From assembly GCF_963853765.1 (NCBI RefSeq), contig NC_088855.1:51026001-51090000 (forward strand): a DNA stretch of 64,000 bases, read 5' to 3'. Made by a program: the position numbers and the translations under genes. The notes beneath the pieces were generated by a model. The model did no database searches. It worked only from the letters and a program-made list of their open reading frames with translations, and was not told where the DNA came from. This DNA is from Magallana gigas (lineage: Eukaryota). This document shows, piece by piece, positions 51,989 through 64,000 of this stretch. Within the stretch, counting starts at the first letter, position 1, and each line of letters begins with the position of its first letter.

Positions 51989-53778
51989 TTCAATTATATT
52001 ATTACGGCAAATGCAATGAACTGCTCTGATCCTTTCATGATGTCCTCTGAACCACCTACGATAGCATTTTGTAAAGACATGTCTTACAGTAACTGGTTTA
52101 TTTACAAGATAAATATTTTCTATGAATTTTCTAGGAATGCAATCTGCCTGCGAAGTCTTAGAGCAAACATGCAACAAACCTTCGTGATTTTTGTTCCTTA
52201 CATACAGTACATGGAGCAACATACAGTGCAAAGAATGTGTTTTATTTTTCTTTAGAAAAAAATCGGTGATTTAATAAAAACATATCTAACTTTCATAAAA
52301 ATAGAACTTGGTATAATCTTAAGATTCCTTGGACATCTGTAAAGGAGGAAAACTTCTATTCGTAACGATATCAATCCGGTAGCAAATTAAAAAGTATATA
52401 AAATTGTGAATAACAAATGAAAGTACATGTATATGTTGAAATATGATTCGTATTTTATCAATGAATTCGCTTGATGAGCTTTGAAGTTGATCCTTACTGT
52501 CCACAGATTTGATGAACGTTAAATGCAAGTTTATTAGAATTAATGAATGAGTTTTCCAACAAGTATGTTGTAGTGGATCATTTTTTCTCGTTTGTTCAGT
52601 TTGATCATGTTTAAACAGGTGATGATTTTTGTTTTTAGGCACAGGGAACTGCCCTTTTGTTCCATCAAGAAATACAATTTACTAATGAAAAACACGTGGT
52701 AAGGGTATTTCGTCAAAAAATCGTATCTGATCTTGTACGTTTCAGACCGAAAGTTAGGTTTAAGCAGAATGGTTTCCGTTTTTTAAAATTCATATTCTTT
52801 AAACAATATAAACTGTGTGTTTCTCATAGGAAATTTCTTCTGCAAACTTTTTAAGGTTTTTTTTATTTACTTCTGTCAGGCATAGTTTTGTAGTAGGCCA
52901 TTTAGAGGATCGTATTGAACTATGGATTTTTGTCATCCAGAAAAAATTGGTTTGCTATATAATCCATATTGCACTTTTCTCTTGGTAAAATGTAACGAAT
53001 TTTATCAAGCTCAAGGTTTAAGCTACATTTACAATGATCATAATATCACACTTTGCAATGAACGCTGCGGCAAAATAAAATACCGAAAAATTACAGCTCA
53101 TATTGTTCTGACTTGCGTATTTTAATTGTTGAAAGTTATCAAACTACTGCATGTACAATCAACTCGTTTTTTTTGGCAATCTATTTGTAAAGGAAAAAAC
53201 TATTTTGCTTAAACATATGTCCATGCTAACTATCGCAAGCATAAAATTGAAAAATTTCGAACCAAGTCCCAAGAGTTTGAAAAATAAATCCATAAAGTGC
53301 AAGTCTGACAACCATACCATGTCAAGAAACGTTCCAGGTGTGCCCAATATCATACTTTTAATCTCTTAACAATAACATTATTTGCACATTAACATTTGAT
53401 GTTATAAATGAGTCTAAAAATGGTTTGGTAATTGTAGGACCTTGTGATTGCTATATATCTGCTGCTGACATGGTAACATTAACTTGCGTCTTACAATTGA
53501 TCACTTAGGTAAGGTATTGAAAATAATGATAAACATCAACCCAACCCTTGAAAATATATAGAAAATTTTGCACAGTTTACGAGAGCAAGCAAATATTATT
53601 GGAACACATCGTCGTCCCAACTCACATTGTTACAAAGATTTTTATGATTGAGATTTCTTTGATGAAAGTAGTGATCAACATTTGAATTGAAACAACATCA
53701 ATGCAGGGTTTCTGCACCAGCATTAAAAGTGTGTCCCTATGCAAAATTAAATGTTGTGAAATCATGCACCGTAAGGTA

Positions 53779-53997
53779 CTGTGGAATCATTAGAATTCAG
53801 GGTGGCTCAATTTTCGTGGTATTCGTGGGTAGCCCTGACCAACGAATTTACATCCTCCACGAAAACTAATTTTAAAAGATTTAGTTTTTCCTATTGAAAC
53901 TGAAAACCGATGCATCAACAAAATTACATCCCCATGAATAAGCAAAAATCCCTAAATCCACGAAAATTGGCCCCAATGAAATTAAATGATTCCACAG
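53779..53997. mobile_element. ~219-bp TA-flanked MITE, copy 2
   Basis: TA|CTGTGGAATCAT...ATGATTCCACAG|TA. Homologous to 1976-2191. Confidence 0.85.
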
Positions 53998-54756
53998 TAT
54001 ATAAATTTGAAATAAATATAACAGATTACGATCTGACGTCCAAAAAAATATAACAGATTAGGATCCATGACGTCAGAATAACCCTCGACGCCTTGCAACA
54101 ATTAAACAGTCTCGTCCTATAAACACCACGTTACTTATGTTCACGTATGGAGAAGCTCTTGGGCGGAAAACCGTTTGGCTAAGTAGAAATAGCGTCAATG
54201 TAGAGATAGCCATTAAATATGTCTCCCATATATCAGTTCCTTGATGGCAAATTAAAAGATTGGCGCAAAATTATCTTACTCTGACCCGCCACCGATTTGA
54301 CGACCATTGAGCAATTCATGATACACAGCTGTGCAATTAAATGTGTTTATGACGGTCGGCATCAAATGGCCATCTCGTCCGTCAATGTCAGCGAAGTGTC
54401 TTTGAAAATTAATTAATATAACTATAGCTCAACGCATTTATTAATTACAAAAAATCCGTGAGGTTTATGGTGTAAAAAAAATAAATAATAAAATGGTCAT
54501 AAGTAGGACCAAGGCAAATTCTTACGAAAAAGTCATACTTAAATATATCTTATATACCAAAACCTCAAGCAAACTAAGCGAAATTTTCATAAGGGCTAAT
54601 TATTTAGATACAAGATTTTCTCCTTTGCCTTTAGATACATTCAACATGAAATAAAAATGAATTATCATTGAAAATTTCTAAAAGCGTAAATCCTATATTA
54701 TCAATAAATGTTTTATAGAGGAATTCTCGGTTACACATTAATGTTCACTACTTTTT

Positions 54757-55854
54757 AGGTCACCTGAGTCACCCATATCACAATGCTATCCGTCTTCGTC
54801 CGTTGTGGTCTTATGCGTCCGTTTACAATTTTTTATTTTTTATTTCTTGAAAACTACGACGCAAATTGCTGCCATTATTTTGGTTTGATTAATCTGTAGA
54901 ATTAAAAGAAACTATATTATGAAATTCACGATCTTATCACCCTATGGTCTAACACGCGACACCAATATGAAAAAGGGCCAAACTTTCAAAAATCCTCTTC
55001 ACTACCCCCACACGTTAGGAAAAAAAATACATTCATGGGTATGATGACATTGATGTCACCAAACTTCTATTTCATGGTCTTTGGGCGGGGGTTCAGGCAC
55101 TTGGGTGGGACTAATATAGCAATATAGTGAAATTGTACAAACCTAAAGCCTTGTTTAATTTTCCTGAAAAAAAATCAAATATCTAGAGGAAATGTTTAAA
55201 ACCTTTTTTTCAAAACCACAATACTACAATTTGTGAGATTACAATACAGGCATTCTAATAAAGCGTAGATTCCAATGGTTAAAATCCTATACTTCAGCTG
55301 GGGCTGGGGCTGGGGCCAATATGGTCATTTAGTGAAATTGTAATATGGAATTGTACATGCAACTTCCACAAAAGGGGAAAATAAACTGAATGCATAAATA
55401 TCATGTCCATGAAGACGTCATCTAAATTGTGAAATTTACGATTCAAGGGTTCAAGCCCTTATTGTTGGCCATGCACTTAGTGAAAATTTAGAATATTTTT
55501 TCTGTATTTTTACAGTAGTGGGAAATAAACGAAATGCATTGTTAAATTTTAAAGTTTACTGCCCATGGGACAGGGGTTTAGGCTTTTAATTGGGGTGGGG
55601 GGGGGGGGGGGGTGATAAATATGACCATAGAGTAAACATGTATATTTATAGGTGATTTTATTAACTTGGGTATTCCCCGTACCCCTTTTCATGAATTGAT
55701 GTTTGCAAACATCAAATAATAAGAGCAGGGGAGTCTTAGATTAGGGTTTGGCTTAAACTAAAAAATGAAGTTTAAATGCAAAATGAGACTCCCTGACAGG
55801 TTCATCTGTCGGTCTATGGTACTCGGGTGACCGTCAAGGCCTGTTAACCTCTTG
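54757..55854 (+). mobile_element. Helentron-type non-autonomous element with degenerate ~170-bp satellite units (same family as 24027)
   Basis: 5' AGGTCACCTGAG after a T-run. 3' subTIR CTCGGGTGACC (55822-32) plus a degenerate AAGGCC..CCTCTT hairpin. Internal units resemble 24130-24930. Confidence 0.8.
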
Positions 55855-57997
55855 TTTGAAAGGTAATTTACATATATGTCCACGGCGTAGACAAAAAAGA
55901 TGACAAGAACCCAGTGTTAATTAGCTACCTACATGTATATATGAGTAAAGTACTCAACATCTAAAGACTACACTAATAAGATAGTCTCCCCCGATAAATT
56001 TGCAAATGAGACATGTAACGACCACATAGTTTTGCCTTAAAACTACATGCAAGAGCAACATTTCTTGTAAGAAAGTCTTCATCAATGTTGATATAAATGA
56101 TTGTGATTTCATCGAGGACAATGAAGGCAACTTTCTCAGTATTTAATAATATACTATCTTACATTCGGATAGGAATGTTGTGTTTGTTATTGGATGCCAC
56201 TGTTTCATTGTGACGTTAAAGTAATGACCTCTTGACCCTTTGAAAAGTTCGCAGAGAAATAAATGTTTGCTCTTTTAAAGGTATACATGTAAACGATGTA
56301 TAATGAAATATATTTGCATATTTTAATATTAAAATTCCAACTTGAATGGTACACCTCAACATAAAGTTAATTTTTATGTGATTTACTAATTGCGTTTCGT
56401 AGCAAGAATCATGTACAATTTCAGGAAATATTTATTTTACATATACATATATGTATATGAGGTTGCATGAAGATGTTGTTAATCATATTGTTAAGATTAA
56501 CTCAACGATAAATTAAAAACGGTTAATTAATAATTCTAGTAAAAATTTCAATAAATACTGAATGAGATGAAAGTACTGGATAGTGTGAATATTGTAGGTA
56601 TAAGTCAAATGTTTTCAAACTATTTATTTTCAACCATTAAACATTAAGATTTGTAAGTATAATAACAAACCGTAAACTTTTGTGGGAATTTGGTAGATCC
56701 CATACTCCTGCCGATGAGAAAACGTCTCAAAGAACAGTTTTAATTTTTATTCTTCAATAAGAGAAATTGAACGTCTATGGAATAGCATCATTTAACTTTT
56801 GCATTTTCTTACATCAACACATCAAGATAGCACCATCCTCTAAATTATTACACAATTTAAAATTCTACATTGCTAATTTTAAAAAGAGTCCGAAATGGTT
56901 CCAGAAAAAAAGAATAACCCCCTCTTGTTATCAAATAAAGCAAATGAATGAAAAAACAATTTAGGGTAATGATGAATAAGCGAAGTAGGAAACATAAATA
57001 CGATTGGAAAATCACAAAATGCAAATGAGTGTGGACCACTGGTTTCCGAAACTATTCTCTGTTTGAATGTTTTCATTTACGATTTCTTGCATGACCGCCA
57101 AGTCTTTCTCAAATCCGCCATTTCCCTTATGACTTTTGATTTCTTATCAAATATCTTCATTTGTATATCCTTAGCTGTGGAGTTTCCTGCAGGCAGGCGG
57201 AAACGAATTCTTTTTGCCTTCGTGCAAGCATCCATTAGATTAGCACAAATGGAGAAAGTGGTTACCATAAAGAAATGAAAAATTCTAGAACTAAGTGGAG
57301 TCTGCGCCTTGTGTTCTCGCGTTTCCGTTAAACTTTCATTATCCCATTGAAGTGTCACGGCACATTATTTTAAATTACCAATAAATAGAGAAAGATACAC
57401 TTGTGTTCAAATATGTATGCTACCCAAGACATATGACTGTTTTTAACAGTTACGACAGATATAGTTTATTGAATTAAATGTGAAACCTGGCCCGTTAGTA
57501 CTTGAATAGAACGTGCTTTAAAAGTAATAACTGTTTGATAAAAATGTTCATTTAGATAATGGCCAATGTATCATAAAGAAGGCGACATAACCACTACATT
57601 CAATAAAATGGTAGAGACATTGATATTTTATAGTGTCTAAATGCACGGTTTGCCTCCAGACAGGCTAGCTGCATATTTCACAGAGCTACTAATGGAAGGT
57701 CAATTCTAAGCACATGGAATTATTAACCGGAATATATTTATCGTCGATGGCAATATTATAGGTTTACGAGAAATGTACTACTGAGTATGTCTCTTTAATT
57801 GCGAAGCTGTAGATTGACCCCATGGTTTTATTGCGAAACTTTGACGGAATATTTTAATAAAGATATACAACTCATGTTATTTATAGAGTAGAAATGAATA
57901 ACACTTCGGCAACTGTAACTATTCTGTCACTTATAGACGGTGGTTCTCGACCGTCTAAAAAACTAAAGAGGAAAGTTTAGAGAATGTTACACTATAT

Positions 57998-58301
57998 AAA
58001 TAGTGCCTGTTTTCGCGTCGGTTGACAATAGTTTTCGAGGGGTGTTAATTTCAACTGTTATCCTCCAAAACAGGCACTATTTATTTTATTATACTGAATG
58101 TTTTAATTTTAGAGAAATTTTTACTGCTTTTATATAGAAATGACGTGAATTCTACGGCGAACTGTACGCGCATAATTTACGCGCATGTAACAATTCGTTG
58201 TGTTACCCGTCGCTAAGTGTGTTGATAACGCCGATTGTAATAGAACGGATTACTGCGTCTAAACCAATCAAATTTCAGTATTTAACATGAAAGTATAATA
58301 A
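57998..58301 (-). mobile_element. Crypton-like non-autonomous element, copy 2 (reverse)
   Basis: Reverse complement of 17462-17779 over the body. The terminal hairpin is closed by AAATAGTGCCTGTTTT (57998-58013) / AAAACAGGCACTATTT (58067-82). Confidence 0.65.
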
Positions 58302-58387
58302 AAAAAAATGTACCACACATATATAACATAATTATGCTAAACATGTGTGATACAAATGTGACCTCACATATGTTTGGCATGATTTAT

Positions 58388-59130
58388 TATACCCCCCCCC
58401 CCCCCGCAAACAAAGTTTTGGGGGGTATATAGGAATCACCTTGTCCGTCCGTCTGTCTGTGCAATCATGTCCGGTCCATATCTTTTTTATGGAGAAGCAT
58501 TGGAAGTTCTTACTTCACATATAGATTGCATATGACTTAAGGGTGTTTCATGACCTTGACCCAAGGTCATTCGGACAAGGTCAATGGCAGAAAAAATGCA
58601 AAATTCTTGTCCGGTCCATATCTTTCTTATGGAGAAACAGTGGACGTTCTTACTTCACACAAAGATTACTTATGACCTAAGGGTGTCATGACCTTGATCC
58701 AAGGTCATTTGGGCGAAGTCAAGGTCACTATCAGAAAAAATGCAGAATTCTTGTCCGGTCCATATCTTTCTTATGGAGAAACATTGGAAGTTCTTACTAC
58801 ACACAAAGATTGCTTATGACCTAAGGGTGTGTCATGACCTTGACCCAAGGTCATATTGGGCAAGGTCAAGGTCACTGGTAGAATAAGTGCAAAATTCGTG
58901 TCCTCATGCATTAACAGTTAACTTAAAATAAAATGGAATTAAAGGATAGAAATTGGTTTGTTTACTCCTATTAGCATGAACAGTTTTAAAAAATAGAGAA
59001 GTTGTTATTTATAGAAAATGGACAGTGAAATAAATTCATCCAATATTTTCTATATTAGCAAAAATACACGCGATATGATTTTTTCTTAGCAGGAGGGTAT
59101 CAATTGTGAGCTTGCTCACAGTACATCTAG
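58388..59130 (+). mobile_element. Helentron-type non-autonomous element with 3 units of a ~146-bp satellite
   Basis: 5' hairpin TATACCCC..GGGGGGTATA and GTCC microsatellite. Units start GTCCGGTCCATATC at 58469, 58609 and 58753. 3' GGAGGGTAT, hairpin TGTGAGC-TT-GCTCACA (59105-20), CTAG|T (59127-31). Confidence 0.9.
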
Positions 59131-59194
59131 TTAATAACCGCATTTAAATGACGTACGTTATTCGGAAACATATGTAACACGTTTGTTAAACATA

Positions 59195-59993
59195 CGAGGG
59201 TTGTCCAAAATCTTCGTGGACAATCGCGCTTTTTGTTATTTCAAACGGTTTATTTATCCATTTGGTAAATCGAAATATTTGTCATAAAATCACAATAGGG
59301 TGATAGTAAAGGTTTTCCCTAAAGATAAACTTTTTATGGTTACGGAAAGTACCGACGGCCCAGCGTAAAAATTGTCAAAACGTCGTAATTGAGATTTTAG
59401 ATATGAACACTTGCAGTTTTTATAAAACATGGCAAACCATTCATTGTGAAGTAGTTAGTATTGTGTGCGTCATTTTCATACGTCATTTGAGGCCGTTTCA
59501 AACGAGCAGAGGATTTTAAAAAGATATTACAGCAAGAACATGTGTTTAAAAACGAAAAAGTGACGTCGGCTTACTGTTCGGAACAGCGCACCACCATAAA
59601 GTTCTATGTCGACTTGGGGAAAAACACCGATAAAAATGATAGAGGAAACAGGAAAACCATCAGCATGGTTCGAGATCACATATCTACAAGTGACACAAGC
59701 GATTGTCTTATAGAGCTTGCGATTGTACCCTTCGGCAACACGATGAATGTAATATATCACTCTAGGGTAAACCAAGAACTACCTTAACGACGTTATACAA
59801 ACGCTGTCTTTAAACTTAACGTCAGACTGGGCCCATGCGCCTGTATGTGCAATTAATAATGTAAGAATGTACATTGTTCTGGTTTTTATTCCTAAACAGT
59901 CATATGCTCAATAATTAAATATTATGTTTTTCTGAAAGTGTCGTCATTTCGATGAAAGTAATATGTGCCCACGAACTCTTAAGAGAACCCTCG
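59195..59993 (+). mobile_element. internally deleted, degenerate mariner (Tc1/mariner) element
   Basis: TA at 59193-94 and 59994-95. TIRs including TA: TACGAGGGTTGTCCAAAATCTTCGTGG vs TACGAGGGTTCTCTTAAGAGTTCGTGG (21/27). 59581-59653 reads EQRTTIKFYVDLG then, after a 1-nt frameshift, KTPIKMIEETG, resembling the mariner N-terminal HTH (EQRxxIKF...LGKTP). No DD34D region seen. Confidence 0.75.
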
Positions 59994-60299
59994 TATGTGA
60001 TATATACCATACGTTTAACGTATGTGTATCTAACGCATGTTTTTCACATGTTTCTCATTAGTGTTACATGTATTTCTTAAATTAAATGTCTTTGAAAATT
60101 TTCAGTTTTTCTTACAGTTTTTTTCTTGATAAACTTCATCTTGCTGCTTGAACCACTTTAAATGATTACTCAATAACTTCAGCGGATCTTGAGGAAAATG
60201 CCATCCATTTTCCATTTCCAGCTACTTGTTGATATAAAATTAGAGATAGACAAAAATGACAGTCTAGAATTTAAATGAACTTGCTTCCTTCTAATGATT

Positions 60300-60360
60300 G
60301 TTAACGAACGATCGACGACGTATGAAGACAAAACAAGACCAATTGCAGTAGGTCACTTGG
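60300..60360 (-). mobile_element. degenerate 5' end of the 24027-family Helentron, reverse orientation
   Basis: GACCAATTGCAGTAGGTCACTTG is near the reverse complement of 24044-24067, preceded by a CGACGACG microsatellite relic. Confidence 0.5.
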
Positions 60361-63169
60361 TGGTGCAAAATCAGTACCGGATATCTAAAACGCTGTGTTT
60401 AAGTCACAATACACACAAGAGTTGGATGAGTTGCAATTTTTAGTTCATATGCATTATTATACTCAATAATCAATAAATTCTATGTAATGATTTACAAACA
60501 AAGTTTTATCAAGGAAACATATTTTTTAAACACCTTAAAATGTTCAAATTTTAATTGGTTAGAACATTTAAGATACTTTTTTAGTCGTTTATATTCCTGC
60601 GACAGAGTTCATAAAGCTGGGCATACTATCTAATCTAAATATAGAACCGGTACTGGCGTAAACTTTCTTAAATCTTGATACAAAAGAATAACGCATAAAA
60701 ATGCAACAAATTGAATAGTCATTATAGGGAAACATTGTGATTAATGATATACAATGCATGATAAATCTGGTGACGTTAATTCAATTTTTGGACAAACTGA
60801 AGGATCCACGTGTACCTCAAATTTCTTGTCCGAAAAGCCTAAGAAGTAAAGATTGCAATTCATAGTAGAAACATGAACATGTAAGTGGGCAAGAAATGAA
60901 ACAAAACTAAACAAAAACGGATATTATCGTTGAATTTTAAGGACTATAGTTTTTGATTTGACATTCATATCATTGTTTCATGTTACATTTAATGTCAAAA
61001 TATGTCATGAAAGGATAAATATACATTTTTGGGATTGCATATTTTATACTATTTAATTCACAATTATGTGTTTGTTTAAATATAAAGTAGTAGAACTTAA
61101 ATTGTTTTTATTCCATTTTTTATGATTATGTTTTTTTTGTTTGCATCTCGATATCTCATTGTTCGAAAAACCATGTACAGAAGAGCCTCAATCGTCCGAA
61201 CGCTTTCGTATCCAAACCAATCGTCCAGATAGGTGAAGCGTCCGGGTATCTGAAATGTGTTTATTGTTGTCACAAATGATAATTTTTTTGTTTACAAATG
61301 TGAATACATTTTTCTGTGCCTAACATATGAAATAAGAACAAATTAAAGTCGACCGTTTAAACTCGCATATTTCATACAATTAACATGGCTTTATATTGTG
61401 ATTTAGATGCATTACTGACATTGTTCTTCATTGGAAGTCCTCCCATATTACTTTGGATAAAATGCATTTTTGACAATTAAGTCTTAATTGCGATTTTAAG
61501 GATTCATCCGTACATAAAACTCCTGTCTAAAGAAAATCACTATATTTCTATAGTTTGTAATGTAAACCAAATATTCTTTATCGAAGGTACTTCCATATTA
61601 ACTTAGGCCATGTGTAACATCTGTACAGAAGGTGAATACCCATTTAACCAGAAGTAATTCACCCCGAATGAAAATCACCTTTCAGTACTTTAATATTAGC
61701 AGTGCAATCAAACAATCTGTTTAAAATCTGACCCAAAACAAAAGAAGGCTAATATATATTCTCTGGTATAAACTGCATTAAAGTTTACAGTGAACACAAA
61801 AGTGGGTGATTACTATAACCGATTAACATTTCTATCTTGGCACTGTCTAGATGTTTTACTATTATGAGGCCAATTACAGTACACTGAGGGTGCTATGACA
61901 TCGGCAAAACATGAAATAATATAACTGTTAAAAAAAATTTTTTAAATCAGATTTATTTCATATTTCGTAGTGGTGTGTGAAAATGTTCTCAACTTGTCAA
62001 TCCTATTTGATCTCTAAAGAAACCTTATTGTTGTGGTTCTTAAACGTCATAAGGATTAACGAGGTTATTCTGCGCATTAAATCATTGTTTATAACTTTGA
62101 AAAGAGAGAACAATGACTCTTAGTTACTGTAGTCAGTCAAATTTTAATTAGCCCCTCTCGGTTCCCCAACTCATTAATGTCAGAACATTCTTAATTGAGA
62201 GCATGTACTTTCAACTCTCCCTCTATCTTCACTAACCTCTGCAAGGAACAGAGCAAATATCAGCTCTTATACAAAGCCATATATCGTTCACATTGTTGAA
62301 GTACTCGAAAAAAAAAATGTTGCGGGCTCCAGGGAAAGCAAAGGCGAAAAATCCATATGCTCGTCCTATGGTGCCAACGTTTTTAATGTAAAAAAGTAAC
62401 ACTCAAACAGTAGCAGTCTCTCATAGGAGCATTAACATTTGTTGTCAGGGCATTGTAAACAGAAAGGACTTTCGTAAGTTACATGTATGTGGGGCTATGG
62501 AAGGTGTCAAAAATCCACATCATTTTTCTAGTAAAACAAATTGAATAAAAATGGACCCACAAATGTGGGTTCAATTGTTGCTTATTTTTTACTTCACTTC
62601 CTTCATCCGCAAATAAAATATATATTTTTTTCTTATCCATTACATGACACAAACGACAATACCTACAATCGCTTGTTTATTATTAGGTATGAGTCGTGTA
62701 CTCAGCTCCTTAATTACATAGTTATTAATTATTCCGGGCCATGTAATCTTTCTTCTGTTGAACATGTACTACTGTTTGTAATTTATTTTTTAAAAATTAG
62801 TTTGATATACAAAGTGTGATACTGTGAAACTTCTTATAATAATACATTTCAGTTTTAAATCTACCATCAAGATTTTTTAACTGTATATGCTGGACATCAA
62901 TGCAATACAAAACTTCAACAGAAAACAAATAACTCTAATTATAAATGTTTGCAAACAAACACTCCATTTAACACCAAACTTGTCATGTTTGTTATTTAGC
63001 TGAGTACTAACTCGAATGACCCCAGAAAGAACATACATACGACTTGACCGAAGGACACAGAAATAATTAAGTCTCCCAAATGAAGTTTGGATACTTATTG
63101 TTTTGTACGATTCTTCTTCTTTTCTTCTGGAAATGACCATATATCTCAGAAACTGTTAGAATCCTGACT

Positions 63170-63458
63170 CATACATATTCTTGTTCCTTGTGTCAAGGGG
63201 CATCAAATGGTATGTTGGTCATGGGTCCGGGGATGGTCCTGACCCCCATCAAACATGAAGTGCCGAATATCTTGAAAACGGTTAAGAACCCCATCCCTAA
63301 ACCATACATATTCTTGTTCTATGTGTTAAGGGGCATCAAATGGTATGTAGGTCATGGGCCCTGGGGGTAATCCTGACCCCATTAAAGCAAGAGGTGCCCA
63401 AATATCTTGAAAACGGTGAAGATCCCCACCCCTAAACCATATATATTCTTGTTCCTTG
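63170..63458. repeat. ~134-bp satellite-like tandem repeat (2.2 units), probably the interior of another Helentron-type element
   Basis: CATA(C/T)ATATTCTTGTTC at 63170, 63303 and 63438. Confidence 0.8.
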
Positions 63459-64000
63459 GGTCATGTTGGTTCACCTGATGTATAGTAAAGGACCCCTAAG
63501 AAACATCATGAAACTTCAGAAATAAAAATAATCGTTCTTAATCTTTTTGGTTGTAAGTTTGACCCATGTGGGTGAATATCCCCACTACCAATGATGGCCT
63601 CGTTCGTTTAGGAGACTTTATAATCGCCCCGAATATAATTACATCTTAATATCTCTACTCCTAATACCAGTACTACATATTTCTTATGAAAACGAAAAGA
63701 AATGATATTAATTTCAATGGAACTACACCATTTTCTTCACCTCAATGGCAGGATTGTGAATTTTAGCAATGTTTTACTGATAGGTCAGAAGCATAGGGTT
63801 GTGGGGTACTTTTTGGTAATCAGTGGTCTTGTTTACTGGTTTTCAGACATAACTAGACAACATTGAGATGGTGACCATCTAAAAGGGCCCGCGTGAATAA
63901 TGGACAATAGGATGAAAAGCATTTCAGATAATTTTTCTTTGACCTAGTCCTATTACCAAGAAATTTTCCAGCTGGAATAAAAGTTTTAATTTAATCTTAT

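Noticed and set aside
57640-57790. HGLPP motif suggesting a Helitron helicase
   Set aside because: The following residues do not match the L.LK.G.P.MLLRN helicase signature.
61176-61202. Tc1/pogo-like MITE left end (TACAG..GCCTCAATCGTCCGAAC)
   Set aside because: No matching right TIR found.

Overview
AT-rich animal genomic DNA with spliceosomal introns, microsatellites and a 130-N gap. It is most likely an oyster (Crassostrea/Magallana-type bivalve); this is inferred from Helentron-type non-autonomous elements carrying ~170-bp and ~146-bp satellite-like units that resemble, from memory, those of the Pacific oyster. Two genes are well supported. One is a 3-exon Ly6/uPAR (three-finger, quiver-like) gene on + (CDS exons 3327-3384, 3596-3751, 4902-5170; 160 aa). 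The other is a myosuppressin/DmsR-family neuropeptide GPCR on - with a single coding exon (13000-14232, 410 aa), whose untranslated first exon lies further right. The rest is intronic or intergenic and rich in mobile DNA: at least five Helentron/Helitron-type families, TTAA-flanked (Kolobok-like) and TA-flanked MITEs, two Crypton-like copies, an internally deleted mariner, and many tandem duplications and minisatellites. I found no convincing novel multi-gene system. The best leads are: a promoter-like and strongly base-paired ~600-bp island at 41.7-42.3 kb; a Helentron with its 5' hairpin amplified four times; an orphan Cys-rich spliced exon pair upstream of the GPCR coding exon; and a GC-rich island bounded by direct repeats at 6.2-7.7 kb. 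All family names come from recalled consensus features, not from database searches.
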